A stretch of DNA of 64,000 nt from Polymyxa betae A26-41 (lineage: Eukaryota; Protista; Endomyxa: Phytomyxea), in contig RBZT01000734.1 of assembly GCA_003693705.1 (NCBI GenBank), positions 1-64,000 of the forward strand, given 5' to 3'. Shown here piece after piece: positions 1 through 16,044 of this stretch; the stretch's first letter is position 1, and each line of letters starts with the position of its first letter. The notes below the pieces were generated by a model. The model searched no databases and was not told where the DNA came from. It saw only the letters and a list, made by a program, of their open reading frames with translations. The translations under genes were made by a program, and so were the position numbers.

Positions 1-1264
1 AGGATTTAGGGTTTGTATAAATAATTTTGGGATTGGTCTTGATATTTTTAGAAATTGAAATTGGAAAATGACAGCAGGATTTTTTTTGAAATTAGGGTTT
101 GGAGTTAGGGTTTATTACGTTATTGGGTGTTATAACGTGATATTATTGAAAATGGAAATTGGAAAATGACGAGCGGTGGTTTTTTGGGTGAAATGGTATG
201 GGGGGGAAATCGGGTGTGATTTTGTTATTAACTCCTCGTCTACTTCCATCTAATATAATCATTCTGCATTCATCATTACAACTGTAACATCAATTTAGTA
301 GACTTGCTACACAGGAGAGCCCTGCGCCCTATACCCCGCGATCGGTCGGACCCGATATCGACCCGAACCTGTTTGGAGAAGATCCACGGATGCATGGCTC
401 AACAGTGTCGGCCGTACCATTGAAAAGAACTCTGGGTGGTTCCAAACGGTGTCTATGCAACGGTTTCACTAAACAGGGCGTGTATTGATGATATAAATGG
501 GAATGGATTTCATCTGCGTCGGTAGTTTAATTTTTCTATTTTTCTGTTTTGTTGTTAATTTGTTGGGATGAATGTGTTATTCGGATCGCGGGTTTTGGTC
601 AGTTATTGAGGTCTCCCCTAGCTCATTAGCCTCTTCCGTTTCCGATGTCGATAAGGTCGACATGGACGATGGCGATAATGTCATAATCGGTGCCCCGATG
701 GAGCGGCCCAGTAACAGTAGGAGTTAATCTCGATAGCTTAACCAGTGTGTGACTGGAATCTGCTAATAAAGAAAGCCCTGGAAGGACGAACTGATCTTCA
801 GTTCGTTCAACACACGCTTGAACCGAATCCTGCCTTTCGAATTCGTGACTTTCCCTTGTCCCTGTCCCAAGTCTACTCCAGTCTTTGTTCCCGTTTCTGC
901 GCTCTCTTCTAACCTTATATATTGGCATGGTCGCTCGGTTCTTGACAGATAAGGTCGACATTGACGATGGCGATGGCGGAAGATACATCGGTGTCGGAGA
1001 GAGATATCCCTCCTCGAATCGTGAAGCCAATCGTGTAGCTCCTGCTGAATGAATTGACTGGGAAGATTATGGTAGAGAAAAGCGAGATCCTCAGCGACCA
1101 CGTTGATTGCTTGTTCTGGTGAACTTGTTCAGCGGCGATTAAGTCTGTATAAAGATAAGCCTCAGCTGTGATGTGAGTGATGTCGTTCGTCCATCTCCGA
1201 ATGGGTATCTCTGCACTGCCATCTGCAAAGACAAAAAGACATTGTTTTGACTGTTGTCAACTCT

Positions 1265-1570
1265 TGACAATCTTAGCATGAGGTCGGGCATTGTCTTGTT
1301 GGATTTTTATAGCTTGGCTCTTACTTCCACTTCGCCATTTCGCTTTAATGGCTGGGATGGCATCAAGTCAATGAGGAGCTGGATGTATTTCTCCCTTGTC
1401 ACTTCGTAGGGCTTCGTTACCAGTGTTCCCTTAGCTCTGTTTTTGGAAGCCCGATGTGCCGGCTCTTGAACCACACACGGCCAGAGTCCAATTTTGCCAT
1501 CGAACTCAGCTTTACGATGCTGGTCCCATCGTGGTCTTGCTACAGCAGCCAGAAACATCAGCCACGATGC
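1265..1570 (-). mobile_element. Degenerate Tc1/mariner transposase fragment (plant/oomycete-type mariner, DD39D class), frameshifted and truncated
   Basis: ORF 1307..1672 contains MFLAAVARPRWD..FDGKIGLWP..AHRASKNRAKGTLVTKP..VTREKYIQLLID. After a frameshift near 1362 the adjacent frame reads AIPAIKAKWRSGSKSQAIKIQQDNARPH (second catalytic Asp motif), then stops. No TIRs seen. Confidence 0.85.
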
Positions 1571-2364
1571 ATGAGAAATATTTGCATCGTCAGAAAGATG
1601 AGAATGTGTCCTTCGCAATAAAGCATTCCACTGAAGTGCGCAAATGGGACCATCATTTTTTATCGGAGGCACAGTAGGCGTTGCAGCTGCCGAACTGGGG
1701 TGGACCTAAGTCCTAAAATCTGTCTTCGCTTCGTAGCCTGTTCGCTCTCCGTTTTGTCTTCTCGTTTTAGCTCTGTCCTCTTCAGTCTCGCTCCTGTGGT
1801 CTTCTTCTTAGTTCTCTAGTTCGCCTCACCTTTGGGATTCTTAGGGTTCATAACATTATGCTTCGTATTCCCTCCCGTTACGGGCGCATAAAAAACGCTG
1901 CGTTTGTCTGAGCTGGACAGGAATCTGTTCCAGCGTCTGACTCCGGGTTACTACTTCAAGCCAACCGCCCTTCGGAAGTTGCAGGCCAGAAAGATTCTGG
2001 AGCTGGTCCCGCCCGAGCAGCAACAGGTTGTTGCGTTGGTTGCTGCCAGCAATGCTCAACAACTACGCCGTTATCGATGTGGACAACGTTGACGTGGAGG
2101 CCGTCCTTGAGGGCTCGTTTATTTTCGAAAGGTTCATGGTTGGATCCTTATTTCCTCCTCATCTAAGGCGGGAGCCAGCCGGCGTTCCCTAGCTCGCAAT
2201 CAGGGAACTTACCTAAACCATTTGTCCACAGCCGACTTCCGGTATCTTGAATTGATCTTCAGTCATTATTAATTAATCACACAACTATTCGCAACAATGC
2301 AGATCACATTCAGTTTCTACCCTGCAGGCGTTGGATGGCGAAGATTCCAGGCTAGGTTTTTATG

Positions 2365-3036
2365 TCAGAGCTTGGATATTAGGCGAGGTTGCCGATAGAT
2401 CCAGTTGATGGAGATCCGGTCGGGATCCAGGCCCATGGCGTTGAACTCGGTGACATCTTCGATGGAGTACCCGGCGTCAGCCAGCTTAGCGAAGAACATG
2501 CCGGAGAAAGGTCGGTCGGCAAATGCATGCAAGAAGGGGACGCCTACCGGTAAGATTTGCTGCAGGGTGTAGACGAGATCGTCGTGAAAGCGGTCGTCTC
2601 CGATCAGTTCTGATCCGATTACGAGATCGATCTTGGGCATGATTTTCTCTCGGATCGCTTTGCAGTCATCGCTGCCTTTTTCACCCCAAAGCAAAGGAAC
2701 TGTTTCAACGCCGCTAAGCTCAGTTCTCGCTCGAAGAATGTCGAAGCCCCAGGGACCATCGGAACAGGTTACAAAGGCGCCTTGAGATTGCAATGCGACA
2801 CCCAGATCGCCAAGTCCACTGCCTAACTCCAGAATTCGTCTGCCTCGAAGGAGATCGCCGGGATATTTGTTCTGAATGTAGGATGAGAGGACGTTCGAAA
2901 CGGTCCAGAAGAAGCCATCATCAGTCTCAATGAATTCTCTGGCGAACCCATCTAATGTCTTGGAAAGGTTCGCTGTTTCCATGACTGATACCAATACGGG
3001 GTGTTCGCGCGCCTCTGCAACCTTGTAATCTGCCAT
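2365..3036 (-). CDS. Class I SAM-dependent methyltransferase, Methyltransf_16 (METTL21-like lysine methyltransferase) family
   Basis: Intronless 223-aa ORF: GFFWTVSNVLSSYI, motif I ILELGSGLG, VTCSD, LLWG, DLVIGSELI. Confidence 0.8.
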   Translation of the reverse strand: MADYKVAEAREHPVLVSVMETANLSKTLDGFAREFIETDDGFFWTVSNVLSSYIQNKYPGDLLRGRRILELGSGLGDLGVALQSQGAFVTCSDGPWGFDILRARTELSGVETVPLLWGEKGSDDCKAIREKIMPKIDLVIGSELIGDDRFHDDLVYTLQQILPVGVPFLHAFADRPFSGMFFAKLADAGYSIEDVTEFNAMGLDPDRISINWIYRQPRLISKL

Positions 3037-4587
3037 AATGCTCGAGACAATTAGACGATTCTAACTGACGCTGGAGGGACTCGAAGCAATTGCTCGCACC
3101 TAACAAATCCAGATCTTCTGTCATAGCGATCTTCCGTGATCGTCAACTATCGTCGATCATGCGAGAGTCTTTCAACTTAGAGAAATCGTCTCAGCATCAC
3201 AACTACAGACTGTCATCATCCGTGATTGTCTGCATTATATTCATGTTATTACAATGAGCGACCTGGTTCGGCAGTGATTCATGCCATGCTTCTTATCGAC
3301 TTGACGTATAGTTGAGCAAGGCTCGCTGATTCAAAAAGACCTGCACGTTGGCCTTGACAGAACGCCTCTAAATGTCCCAGAAATTGGCTGGCCTATTCTG
3401 GGCCGCATTCATTGTCTGAAACTGGGAAATGTAATGAACATGTTCAAGAGTCAAATGAGGTCTGTGACAGGCGACCCCATCGCTGTGAACGTTTGAACAG
3501 CATTGTCGCATTCTTGGTTTGGATGAATAACAGATAGAAGGAATCTTTAACATCAGGGTGAATATCACCAAGCGTCATTAAATCTCTCGCTATTTTGCCA
3601 TACATGCAATTGTATCTGCAGACAGCGAAGGGAGAATCTTCAACAGTTCCGGTAGCGTTCACGATTCCGCCTTTGGACAGGTGGCGAGCTCGAAAACTGT
3701 CGATGGTGACCGCAGATCTGGCCGCATATCAACTAGACTTGTACAAATGGGAGAACGATTTGTCCTACAAGAGAACACACGTTGATTGCCTCATCGAACG
3801 GTTGGGGTGGGCTCGAAGGAATAGAGCTGTTCAATTTCTGCCTTTATCGACTTCAAAACGTATACGTAAGCTAAAAATAATCGTCGAGAAAACTTCAATG
3901 AAACTTTCTAAACGAAGGATTAGCTTTGCAACAGATCAGTGAACCCTAACTAGACATTTAATCCAACAGCACAAAGACATAAATTGAGAAGAACACGTAC
4001 AACGATAATATCCTGTTCGGAATCATCGCCTTCTGATGATTGCATCTTTCACCCTCCGAGTTCGAAGTGGAGATAATCACTCTTGCACCCGATGATCCGC
4101 AAATAAACCAGATGAAGCTTATGGAATGACAGATTTCGTGCTCGCGTTGCCAGACCAACTGAACTCGGTTCGAGATGAGATCTGTTTTATTCCTATTCGG
4201 TTTGCAGATGGCTCCGCTTGATATTCTACAAACTCTTCGCCAGCGTTAAGATGCCAATTCCACACCGATTCGCCTACCGAATCAACAGACTAATCAGCAA
4301 TTTTTGAGGTGAAATTCTGTCAGGACTTTATTTCGATTCGTTGTCGTTGCAGAAATCCTAATAAGATGCCATCAGCATTTGCTGACATGAAGGGATCTCA
4401 ATCTGGTTGAAAAAGCCTCTATCTGATTCCAGGCGAGACGGATTGAACGCTTACAGGTCGATTGTTACCTTGTCTCAACAACCAAGAGATGCCATATGGC
4501 TGCTGTCAATTCGGCGAATGCGATTCATAAGCTTTCTTCGTCCGTATTAGGACCGTGTGATAATAGAGTCCCTAATCGACCCCAGCT

Positions 4588-5752
4588 ATGAATTTTCTAA
4601 AAGGTCTCTCTACCCCGATTTCAGCTTGTCTGTCCTGCTGAATGATGCTCTTCAGATGTCGCTGATTACATGACCCCGATCCTGAGCACATCCCATTTCT
4701 TGCAGGTGACCAGAGAGTACATTAATGATATTGGTGGCGCCTAACACGCTTCATAGAAAGGTGTATTGACTCCAGAAGAGTTTGTTGAAGCCGGTGATGA
4801 GCTCGTCTATCGCTGCCCTTCTTGGTCTTGGTAATCATTTGCTGAAATCGTCTAGCCAGATTCGTCAATGTTGATATAGGGCAGCAGGGGATCCGAAATG
4901 CTGCAAAAAGTATCTACCGAAAGATAAACAGTATTTAGTGACAAGAAACGGTAAAGACTGCTGTTAAACAATGTTTGTTCTCTGAAATCGAAGCAAGTTC
5001 CATCATTACGGCGATCGAGCGATTACGAAATGGAGGCGGCTGCTGAACAATTACTGTAATGTTCACTAATGGTCGCTTTCATCTATTAAGGGGGCGTTGT
5101 AGAGAGCAATCGAAGGACGATACCGACGGCTGGATCGCAACTCACACGAATCGAGTCGAAACGGACATCATCGATGTGGTTGAGGTTGGAGACAGAAGTG
5201 AATCTGGTCCAGGTTTAGCAGAATTTGAAGTATTATCTCTCAAAGATGTCAAACGCCTTTTGCTAATAATGCTTTCAGCAAGAAGTAGACGAGTGTGGCA
5301 TTGACGCCGAAGTTTTTGTCGAATCAGTCAATGAATCGATTATTCGAACGCGAACCTACGATTTGACGATAACCTACGATAAATTTTACCAGACGCCTCG
5401 AATTTGGTTGTTCGGCTACGATGAGGTAAAATGCATTTGTCAGCAATTTGCGTTTTTCGTTGACGTTCTGTAGAACCATAGCCCTTTATCGACTAAGGAA
5501 ATCATGGAAGAGATCAGCTCAGATCATGCAAATAAGACGGTGACAGTCGAAGCCCATCCACATCTGTATGGCGTTTCGGTGGCATCTATTCATCCCTGCA
5601 GGCATGCTTCGGTGATCAAGACGATTATTGACCGCCTGATCGAGGCGGGATCTGAACCGAATGTTCGATCATACATGTTCTGGTTTCTGAAGCTGATCTC
5701 AGCTGTCGTTCCCACCATCAATTACGATTTCACTGTTAACGTCCGTAACTAA
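4588..5752 (+). CDS. ATG3: Autophagy E2-like conjugating enzyme ATG3 (multi-exon)
   Basis: Spliced N-terminus [47 protein letters not shown]; [25 protein letters not shown]; catalytic HPCRHA; C-terminal [17 protein letters not shown]. Confidence 0.95.
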
Positions 5753-5997
5753 ACCAAACGAAAAAGCAGTTCCTAACAAACGTGACTTCAACTGAAAAAT
5801 AACGCTTTTTGCAATAATTAAAGCGAGTTTCCGTATTCAATGCAGAAAATCACAGAGTTTTTACTCTTTTTTGCATGCTTTGGTTTGTTGGGTGTCAGAT
5901 TGTGCGAGTGTTGCGCAGTTTTTTGTCTGGCTTCTTCCATCTTGGCGTCCGTATCAGAATCAGCATTCGCTAGGACAAGACCAAGCTTCTGTTAGTT

Positions 5998-6207
5998 ATG
6001 TCGGGAAAAGCGGGTAGAATTCGTCGTCTCTGTTTCGTCTGGGATCTGAAAAATTGCTGCATAGGCGGTAAGAAGAAGCCTTTGAAGCAAGCTAAGGCAC
6101 AGGGCAAGGACTATAGCGAGGAAGACCAGGAGTTCCTGAAGAAGAAGGCTGCCGAAGCTGCCGCCATGAAGAAAGCCAAGACGGATCTTTTGAAGAAGAA
6201 GAAGTAA
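5998..6207 (+). CDS. TMA7: Translation machinery-associated protein 7; one 51-nt intron (6014-6064)
   Basis: Spliced product MSGKAGGKKKPLKQAKAQGKDYSEEDQEFLKKKAAEAAAMKKAK matches the TMA7/CCDC72 pattern MSG..GGKKKPLK. Confidence 0.85.
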   Translation: MSGKAGRIRRLCFVWDLKNCCIGGKKKPLKQAKAQGKDYSEEDQEFLKKKAAEAAAMKKAKTDLLKKKK

Positions 6208-6389
6208 ACCTTCGTTGCTCTCAGAAACGTCTGACTGCCCAATCCCCTCCTATTTTCTAGCAGTAGCATATCCGACGGACGCGTTCCTTCATGAACGAAT
6301 CCGCCATCAGCCGGGACGTGATGAGTCGGAGGTCGGCCCCAGGCAATGGCCGACTCCCACGAGATTGCAAGCCTAACGAATGTGATTGA

Positions 6390-7490
6390 GATCGGCGACA
6401 TGAGCTGCGGCCTCCCCCATACAGTCGCGTCGGCCAAGTTGCTGATCTTCGCTACGTTATTCACACAGATAGTGACCTTGTCCGGTTCGCGTCGTCATTC
6501 ATCATGCTATCTTTCAAGTATATCTACCGGAACTTGGTCAAGCTGGGCCGGCCCGCCGACCAGGTCCTCCTCGGGCAACCCCAGCTAGAGACCTTGTGCC
6601 AAGTTCCCTTCAGCGACCTGGCACCGCTGACGCAGGTTCGGAGATCGCTGATCACGGTTTATAAATCGGGGCGGACGAGCTCGAAGATGATTGACCATAT
6701 CACTCGAGCTGTATATAAAGAATGGCGGTACAGATCGTCGGAGTATCCTAAGATGAAAGCGCCGCTGCAGACGGCGTGCTCGGCGATCGCATCGGGAGTC
6801 AATTCGACGAATTTGGACGAGATGGTGGCTGTCAACAGCCTCATTGAGACAGTCCATGTTCTAATGGTGAAAATGGGGTTTTTGCCAGAGACCGCTTACC
6901 ATCTCATTGCTGTCCTGATTGTGATCGAGGCGAATCCGCACCAGGTTTTCTCGACCGGGCCCGTGTCGTTGCCGAAATCGCTTGGCATCCGCAACCCATT
7001 GTTTCCGAAAGAAAAGGAAATGAAACCATATCAGATCCATATTGTTGACGATGTTCTTCTCTGCAGCCGGTTTATGGAATCGAACAATGACATCAGGTTA
7101 CGAATGCAGCGGGAATGGGATTTGTTTCGAGCAAGCAATGGCGATTGCGCTGCTGAAATTGAACAGCTTTTGCCGAAGCACAAGGCCAATCCTGCTCTGC
7201 TCAAGGATACGCTGGAGTCGGTGATTGGCAGTCGGCATCTTGCCGAGCTCCCGCCGACCTACAGGCCCTACATACTGGCTCTTTTGCTTCAGTCAGACTT
7301 TGATCAGCAGCCTGTAACTGCTGCGATGGAGACAGCAGGCGAGACTTCGACAGAGATGGCTGTAGATGGCAATGTAGCAGGGCATAGGATTTCAGTTCGG
7401 AAGTGCAAAGCTGTAGAGCAAAGCAAATTCGTCGCGAAACAACTCGCCAGGATTCGTCCGATTGCAAGTCCAAAATTGTGTGTCCCTTAA
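6390..7490 (+). CDS. Hypothetical protein (>=328 aa; 5' end uncertain)
   Basis: Frame is open from 6390 to the stop at 7490. A CTAAC...AG acceptor near 6373-6390 suggests a short upstream exon. No family recognised. Confidence 0.6.
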   Translation, partial: DRRHELRPPPYSRVGQVADLRYVIHTDSDLVRFASSFIMLSFKYIYRNLVKLGRPADQVLLGQPQLETLCQVPFSDLAPLTQVRRSLITVYKSGRTSSKMIDHITRAVYKEWRYRSSEYPKMKAPLQTACSAIASGVNSTNLDEMVAVNSLIETVHVLMVKMGFLPETAYHLIAVLIVIEANPHQVFSTGPVSLPKSLGIRNPLFPKEKEMKPYQIHIVDDVLLCSRFMESNNDIRLRMQREWDLFRASNGDCAAEIEQLLPKHKANPALLKDTLESVIGSRHLAELPPTYRPYILALLLQSDFDQQPVTAAMETAGETSTEMAVDGNVAGHRISVRKCKAVEQSKFVAKQLARIRPIASPKLCVP

Positions 7491-7999
7491 AGGTTATCTG
7501 TTTGTGTGCCCAGTGAACATAATATTCTGTATAGGCTGTGCCTCTTTAATATGTCAGTCATAATATTAAATTATAAGTGTTTGCCTGTACTTGAGTCAAG
7601 CATACATCTGTTAGCCAGCTTGCTTCGATCAGAGCAGACTCCTCCACGAAAGCGCCAATGGTATCTTAACTACTACTTATTATTTAAAAGCATTTCGACT
7701 TATGAAAAATTATGTAATAAAGCCAAGAGACAGTTTTTAAAAGGAATTAAATTTGTACTTAGCCCTAATTCAAACGTCGTTAAGAAGTGTTCTCTTCCCT
7801 AATTAAACGGTCAAACAAACAAGTTCTGTCATCCGTTAATGCCTCGACGTTAATCACCTCTGACAATATATGTGAAATTGAAGGCTTTAATTCCAATATG
7901 TATGACATTATATTGATCACCAGCAAGCTGGAAAGATTGCAAAATCTGAAAGAAATTTGCCTGCCAATATAGGGTCCCGCGCTAAGTCCAGGGAGACCA

Positions 8000-8021
8000 G
8001 GAGTCCGCGACGGAGTCCGTA
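8000..8021 (+). promoter_or_regulatory. Candidate promoter element, tandem GGAGTCCG, upstream of RPS14
   Basis: GGAGTCCGCGACGGAGTCCGTA; 9-11 nt pieces of it recur at similar distance upstream of RPL4, REXO and NOP53. Confidence 0.45.
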
Positions 8022-8063
8022 CGAGGTCGTCGTGATTTTGTTGATCTGAATTAACACGAGATC

Positions 8064-8498
8064 ATGTCGAAGGAGCAGGAGCCCACCTACTACGGCCCCA
8101 AGGTTCGTGAAGGCGAGCACGTGTTCGGCGTCGCCCACATCTACGCCTCGTTCAACGACACGTTCGTCCATGTCACCGATCTCAGCGGCAAAGAAACCAT
8201 CTGCCGAGTCACCGGTGGTATGAAGGTCAAGGCCGATCGTGATGAAGCCTCGCCATACGCCGCCATGTTGGCCGCCCAGGATGTCGCTGCCAAGTGCAAG
8301 GAGCGCGGCATCACCGCCATCCACGTCAAGCTCCGCGCTACCGGTGGAACCAGAACCAAGACGCCCGGCCCAGGCGCCCAGAGCGCTCTCCGAGCCCTGG
8401 CTCGTAATGGCTTGAAGATCGGCCGCCTCGAGGATGTCACTCCCATCCCCACCGACAGCACCCGCGCCAAGGGAGGTCGTCGTGGTCGCCGTTTGTAA
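8064..8498 (+). CDS. RPS14: 40S ribosomal protein S14 (uS11)
   Basis: [56 protein letters not shown]; intronless, strong C-ending codon bias. Confidence 0.99.
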   Translation: MSKEQEPTYYGPKVREGEHVFGVAHIYASFNDTFVHVTDLSGKETICRVTGGMKVKADRDEASPYAAMLAAQDVAAKCKERGITAIHVKLRATGGTRTKTPGPGAQSALRALARNGLKIGRLEDVTPIPTDSTRAKGGRRGRRL

Positions 8499-8634
8499 TT
8501 TCATATTATCGTCTCAATCAATACAATCGTCTTCTAGACCGATCTTTAAATCAATTCTTAAATCGTAGCTTATCAAATTGTCATTTTGAAATTCTGCAGA
8601 TTGTTGTTCATTGCGGAACATTACTTCATAAGAG

Positions 8635-9470
8635 ATGGAGAGTGTTAATGCTGAAGCGAACCCGTATGGAGGAGTCTAGCAGAATTGTATCAGAGCGAGA
8701 TGGCTAATGGTATTGCAGGGCGCTTACACGTGAAGCTTACAGGCGGCTTCGTACAGTAGACAGGCAGCTGCTCGACTATGCCGAGCTCGATCAGGTTCTG
8801 GCTGATCTCCTTCAAAGACCGAAACATGAGATTGTTGTCCCTATCAGCGAAGTGGCTTTTATACCCGGAGGTCATTGTAAACGTTGTGTTTTGCTTTTCT
8901 TGCTGATAGGATCACAGAAATTCGTGATACAAACTGCATTTTGACTCTTCTTGGAGATCAGGTTTGGCAGAATTTCGGCGTATGCGGTATGAGCTGACAG
9001 AATTTTAGACATTCGTGGAGAAAACGAATCAACGTGCTCGCGAGCTGATAGCTCGTCGACAGAAACAGCTTGAACAGCAGCGAGCTGAATTGCTTCCTCT
9101 TTTGGAGGAACAGATCGTTGATATTCGCGAGGAGTATTTCGAAGACGAGAAGCAGTCAGCACCCTGCATTCCCCAGAACCAGGCGAAACCAACAGTACCG
9201 AAAAGGGATAATGCTGTGCCGGAGCAAGAAGAGTCATTCGAGGAGTTCTGGAATCGATTAGGTTGCGATCAACTTGAAGCCGAAGAACAGAAACAAAAGG
9301 AATCGGTCTCGCAACTTCATGGATTCTTTGCTAGCAAGCCAAAACCGCCTTCTGAACCCAGCATCCAGCCTCCTGATAGTGCTGTTGCAGATGAGGTCAC
9401 ATACGAGGGAAATCCTGCACCGAGGAGGGTTTCCAGATTCAAGGCGCAGCGTCAGCAAATGAAGTCCTAA
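8635..9470 (+). CDS. URI1: Unconventional prefoldin RPB5 interactor (URI1/Bud27-like)
   Basis: Spliced exons give a prefoldin-alpha domain (EIVVPISEVAFIPGEIRDTNCILTLLGDQTFVEKTNQRARELIARR) and a C-terminal URI box RVSRFKAQR. Confidence 0.85.
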
Positions 9471-9531
9471 TTGATATATTGGGTTTATAAATATGGTATA
9501 AAATGGATGGATACAATGAGATGCACGAATC

Positions 9532-14052
<4,521 letters not shown>

Positions 14053-14715
14053 GGACTAACCATATACTTTGCCCGGCTGGAAATGGACCTAGCAGGGCAA
14101 GGCACACGACTCAGGCTGTTACGACGCCCAGCGAAGCGCTTGGAGAATGAATGGGAAAAGCTGGAAGATAACCAGAGACAATATCAAAATGGAGGGAGTA
14201 TGATACAGGCTTCCCTTCAATAGATGAGGCGAAACCACGTTACGATCTCGCTTCAACGTGAGAAAATTGCCTGAGAAACCAGGCCGATCTTTAGGGGCCG
14301 GTGACCGATCGAAAAAAGCAATGGAATTGGTGCGACCAGAGCCGAGCGTAACGATCGCAGACGTGGCGGGATGGGATGGGATTCAGGTCCGACCCGGCCA
14401 GGTGTTTATTTCTACAGGCTGGACGACAGCTGGAGCTGGGCGATTCTTAGAGCGACAATCCGCTGTCTGAGCAAGTTGAAGAGCAACCCACGGGCCCGGA
14501 CTTTAAACTGTACTCGAACCTTGATAAACGCTCTATGCTTCGACTCAAATCGGGGATGCTCTTCTGAACTGCAGTCTGGCAGAACTCGGTAGTCAGCAAT
14601 TGCTGTTTCTGCTATCAATCTCCAAATGGCTTCCATAAACGACGGCAGAAAACATACGAGTCAGTTTTCTGATCGTAATAATACTTGCAAATAGTTTATA
14701 ATCAAGCTGCTGCAA

Positions 14716-15171
14716 TCAATCTTTGCAGAGCAGCATGCACCGAACGTAGTCCAAAACAGCCGAGGAATCCCTTGGTATCACAGTATGGAAATATCGATCG
14801 CCGCTGATAAAATAGTGCACCGAATATGACCTGCTTTGATCGTTAGGTCTTTCAACAACCCATCGCTGGGAGGCTAACAGCACAGCTGTCGGTTCTCTCC
14901 AGGCCCAATACCAATGAAAAAGAAGAGAATTTGGCGGTTCAGTTAGTTGTACGGTTTTCAGCCGCGGCTTGATCACGCCCGACGATCTCTCGATTCGGCT
15001 GATCTCGAGTTGCGCTTGACGAATTAGGCAGCGGCGTACTTGATCAAGAACGCCTGAACAAATCGACGGGAACACATCAGATCGCTGGAACGAAACTAGA
15101 TACTCGGGCAGTGCTGATAACGATAACGGGAACCAGGCGTTCCGGCTTAGCGAGGCTGAATCGATGTCCAT
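14716..15171 (-). CDS. Hypothetical protein, 151 aa
   Basis: ATG-initiated intronless ORF with protein-like composition; no recognised motif. Confidence 0.45.
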   Translation of the reverse strand: MDIDSASLSRNAWFPLSLSALPEYLVSFQRSDVFPSICSGVLDQVRRCLIRQAQLEISRIERSSGVIKPRLKTVQLTEPPNSLLFHWYWAWREPTAVLLASQRWVVERPNDQSRSYSVHYFISGDRYFHTVIPRDSSAVLDYVRCMLLCKD

Positions 15172-16044
15172 GCTCGAATCGAAATGCGCGCTTTTAGGTA
15201 AGCGCCCGTGAGTTTAACACTTCACATTACGTAGATGTAATCGCATGATGCGAACACATTCGTTTATCATAGCCAGATGAAGGTGAAAAGCGAGGACGGT
15301 TTAAGAAGCTCGATTATAATCAGTCAAGAAACAGGTCACAACCTATCGAATTTTATTGTTATCTGATTACAACGTTCCTACAATCCTTTTCTTATAAGTA
15401 TGCTTTTTAAACTCGTATAGATATCTAGAAATTGATTAATGAATGTGAAGATGGGGTCAGTGGTTGAAGGCTGATTTTTAAACCTGATAATTCGGATTGC
15501 TGTTTCAAGGTTAGCTTCAGGAACTTATAGACAATTCACTCTTCTTTTGAATCGATTATCGATAAGAATACCAAGGATTAAAGGGAATCTAGGAATAAAG
15601 ATTGGGAAATCGGAAATCACGGGAACATTAAATCAACCTGATGCCGATCGCCAAGGACCCAATTACTAGCGGAGAGAAAGCGTTTTGGTAACGTTCTATT
15701 GTGAATTTGGTAAGGCATATAAGCGAAATAATGGCCTAAACAGAATTTGCAAAACTACGAATAAACCGCAGCGGGCCTTCGAAACGAGAGAGGCAACATC
15801 ATTATTTTTAACCACACGGCGTCCTTTTGACCGGCCGATCACCGCGCCCATCGCCCAGCGAGCTCGTCCTGGCTCTACTGCATCTGTTTGGCGAGTGTTT
15901 AGCCTCGCCCCAGCCACCCCATTCGCCCCATCAGACCTTTGCAATCCCAAGTCCCAACTGTCTCAGTAACGTGTCCTAACCCGTGACCTCCAAGCTCTCA
16001 TTGCTCCCTCATTTGGATTGTGAGTCATCGATTATCATTAGTCG

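Noticed and set aside
1-120. TTTAGGG/TTAGGG words suggesting a telomere
   Set aside because: Only three isolated copies, not tandem, and G-rich on the + strand, which is the wrong orientation for a left chromosome end.
1680-1856. Pyrimidine-rich tract ending ..CATAACA, like an LTR terminus
   Set aside because: No second copy, PBS, PPT or gag/pol sequence in the window; cannot be supported.
3100-4520. Possible small minus-strand genes between the methyltransferase and ATG3
   Set aside because: Splice-like signals exist, but no coherent or recognisable protein could be assembled by hand.
7506-7972. Two short + strand ORFs in an AT-rich spacer
   Set aside because: No canonical ATG start at the listed positions, AT-rich composition, no motifs; likely intergenic.
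7917-8504. Long antisense ORFs over RPS14 (and likewise over RPL4, RCC1, CHD1 and the secreted protein)
   Set aside because: Expected shadows of biased codon usage on the coding strand.
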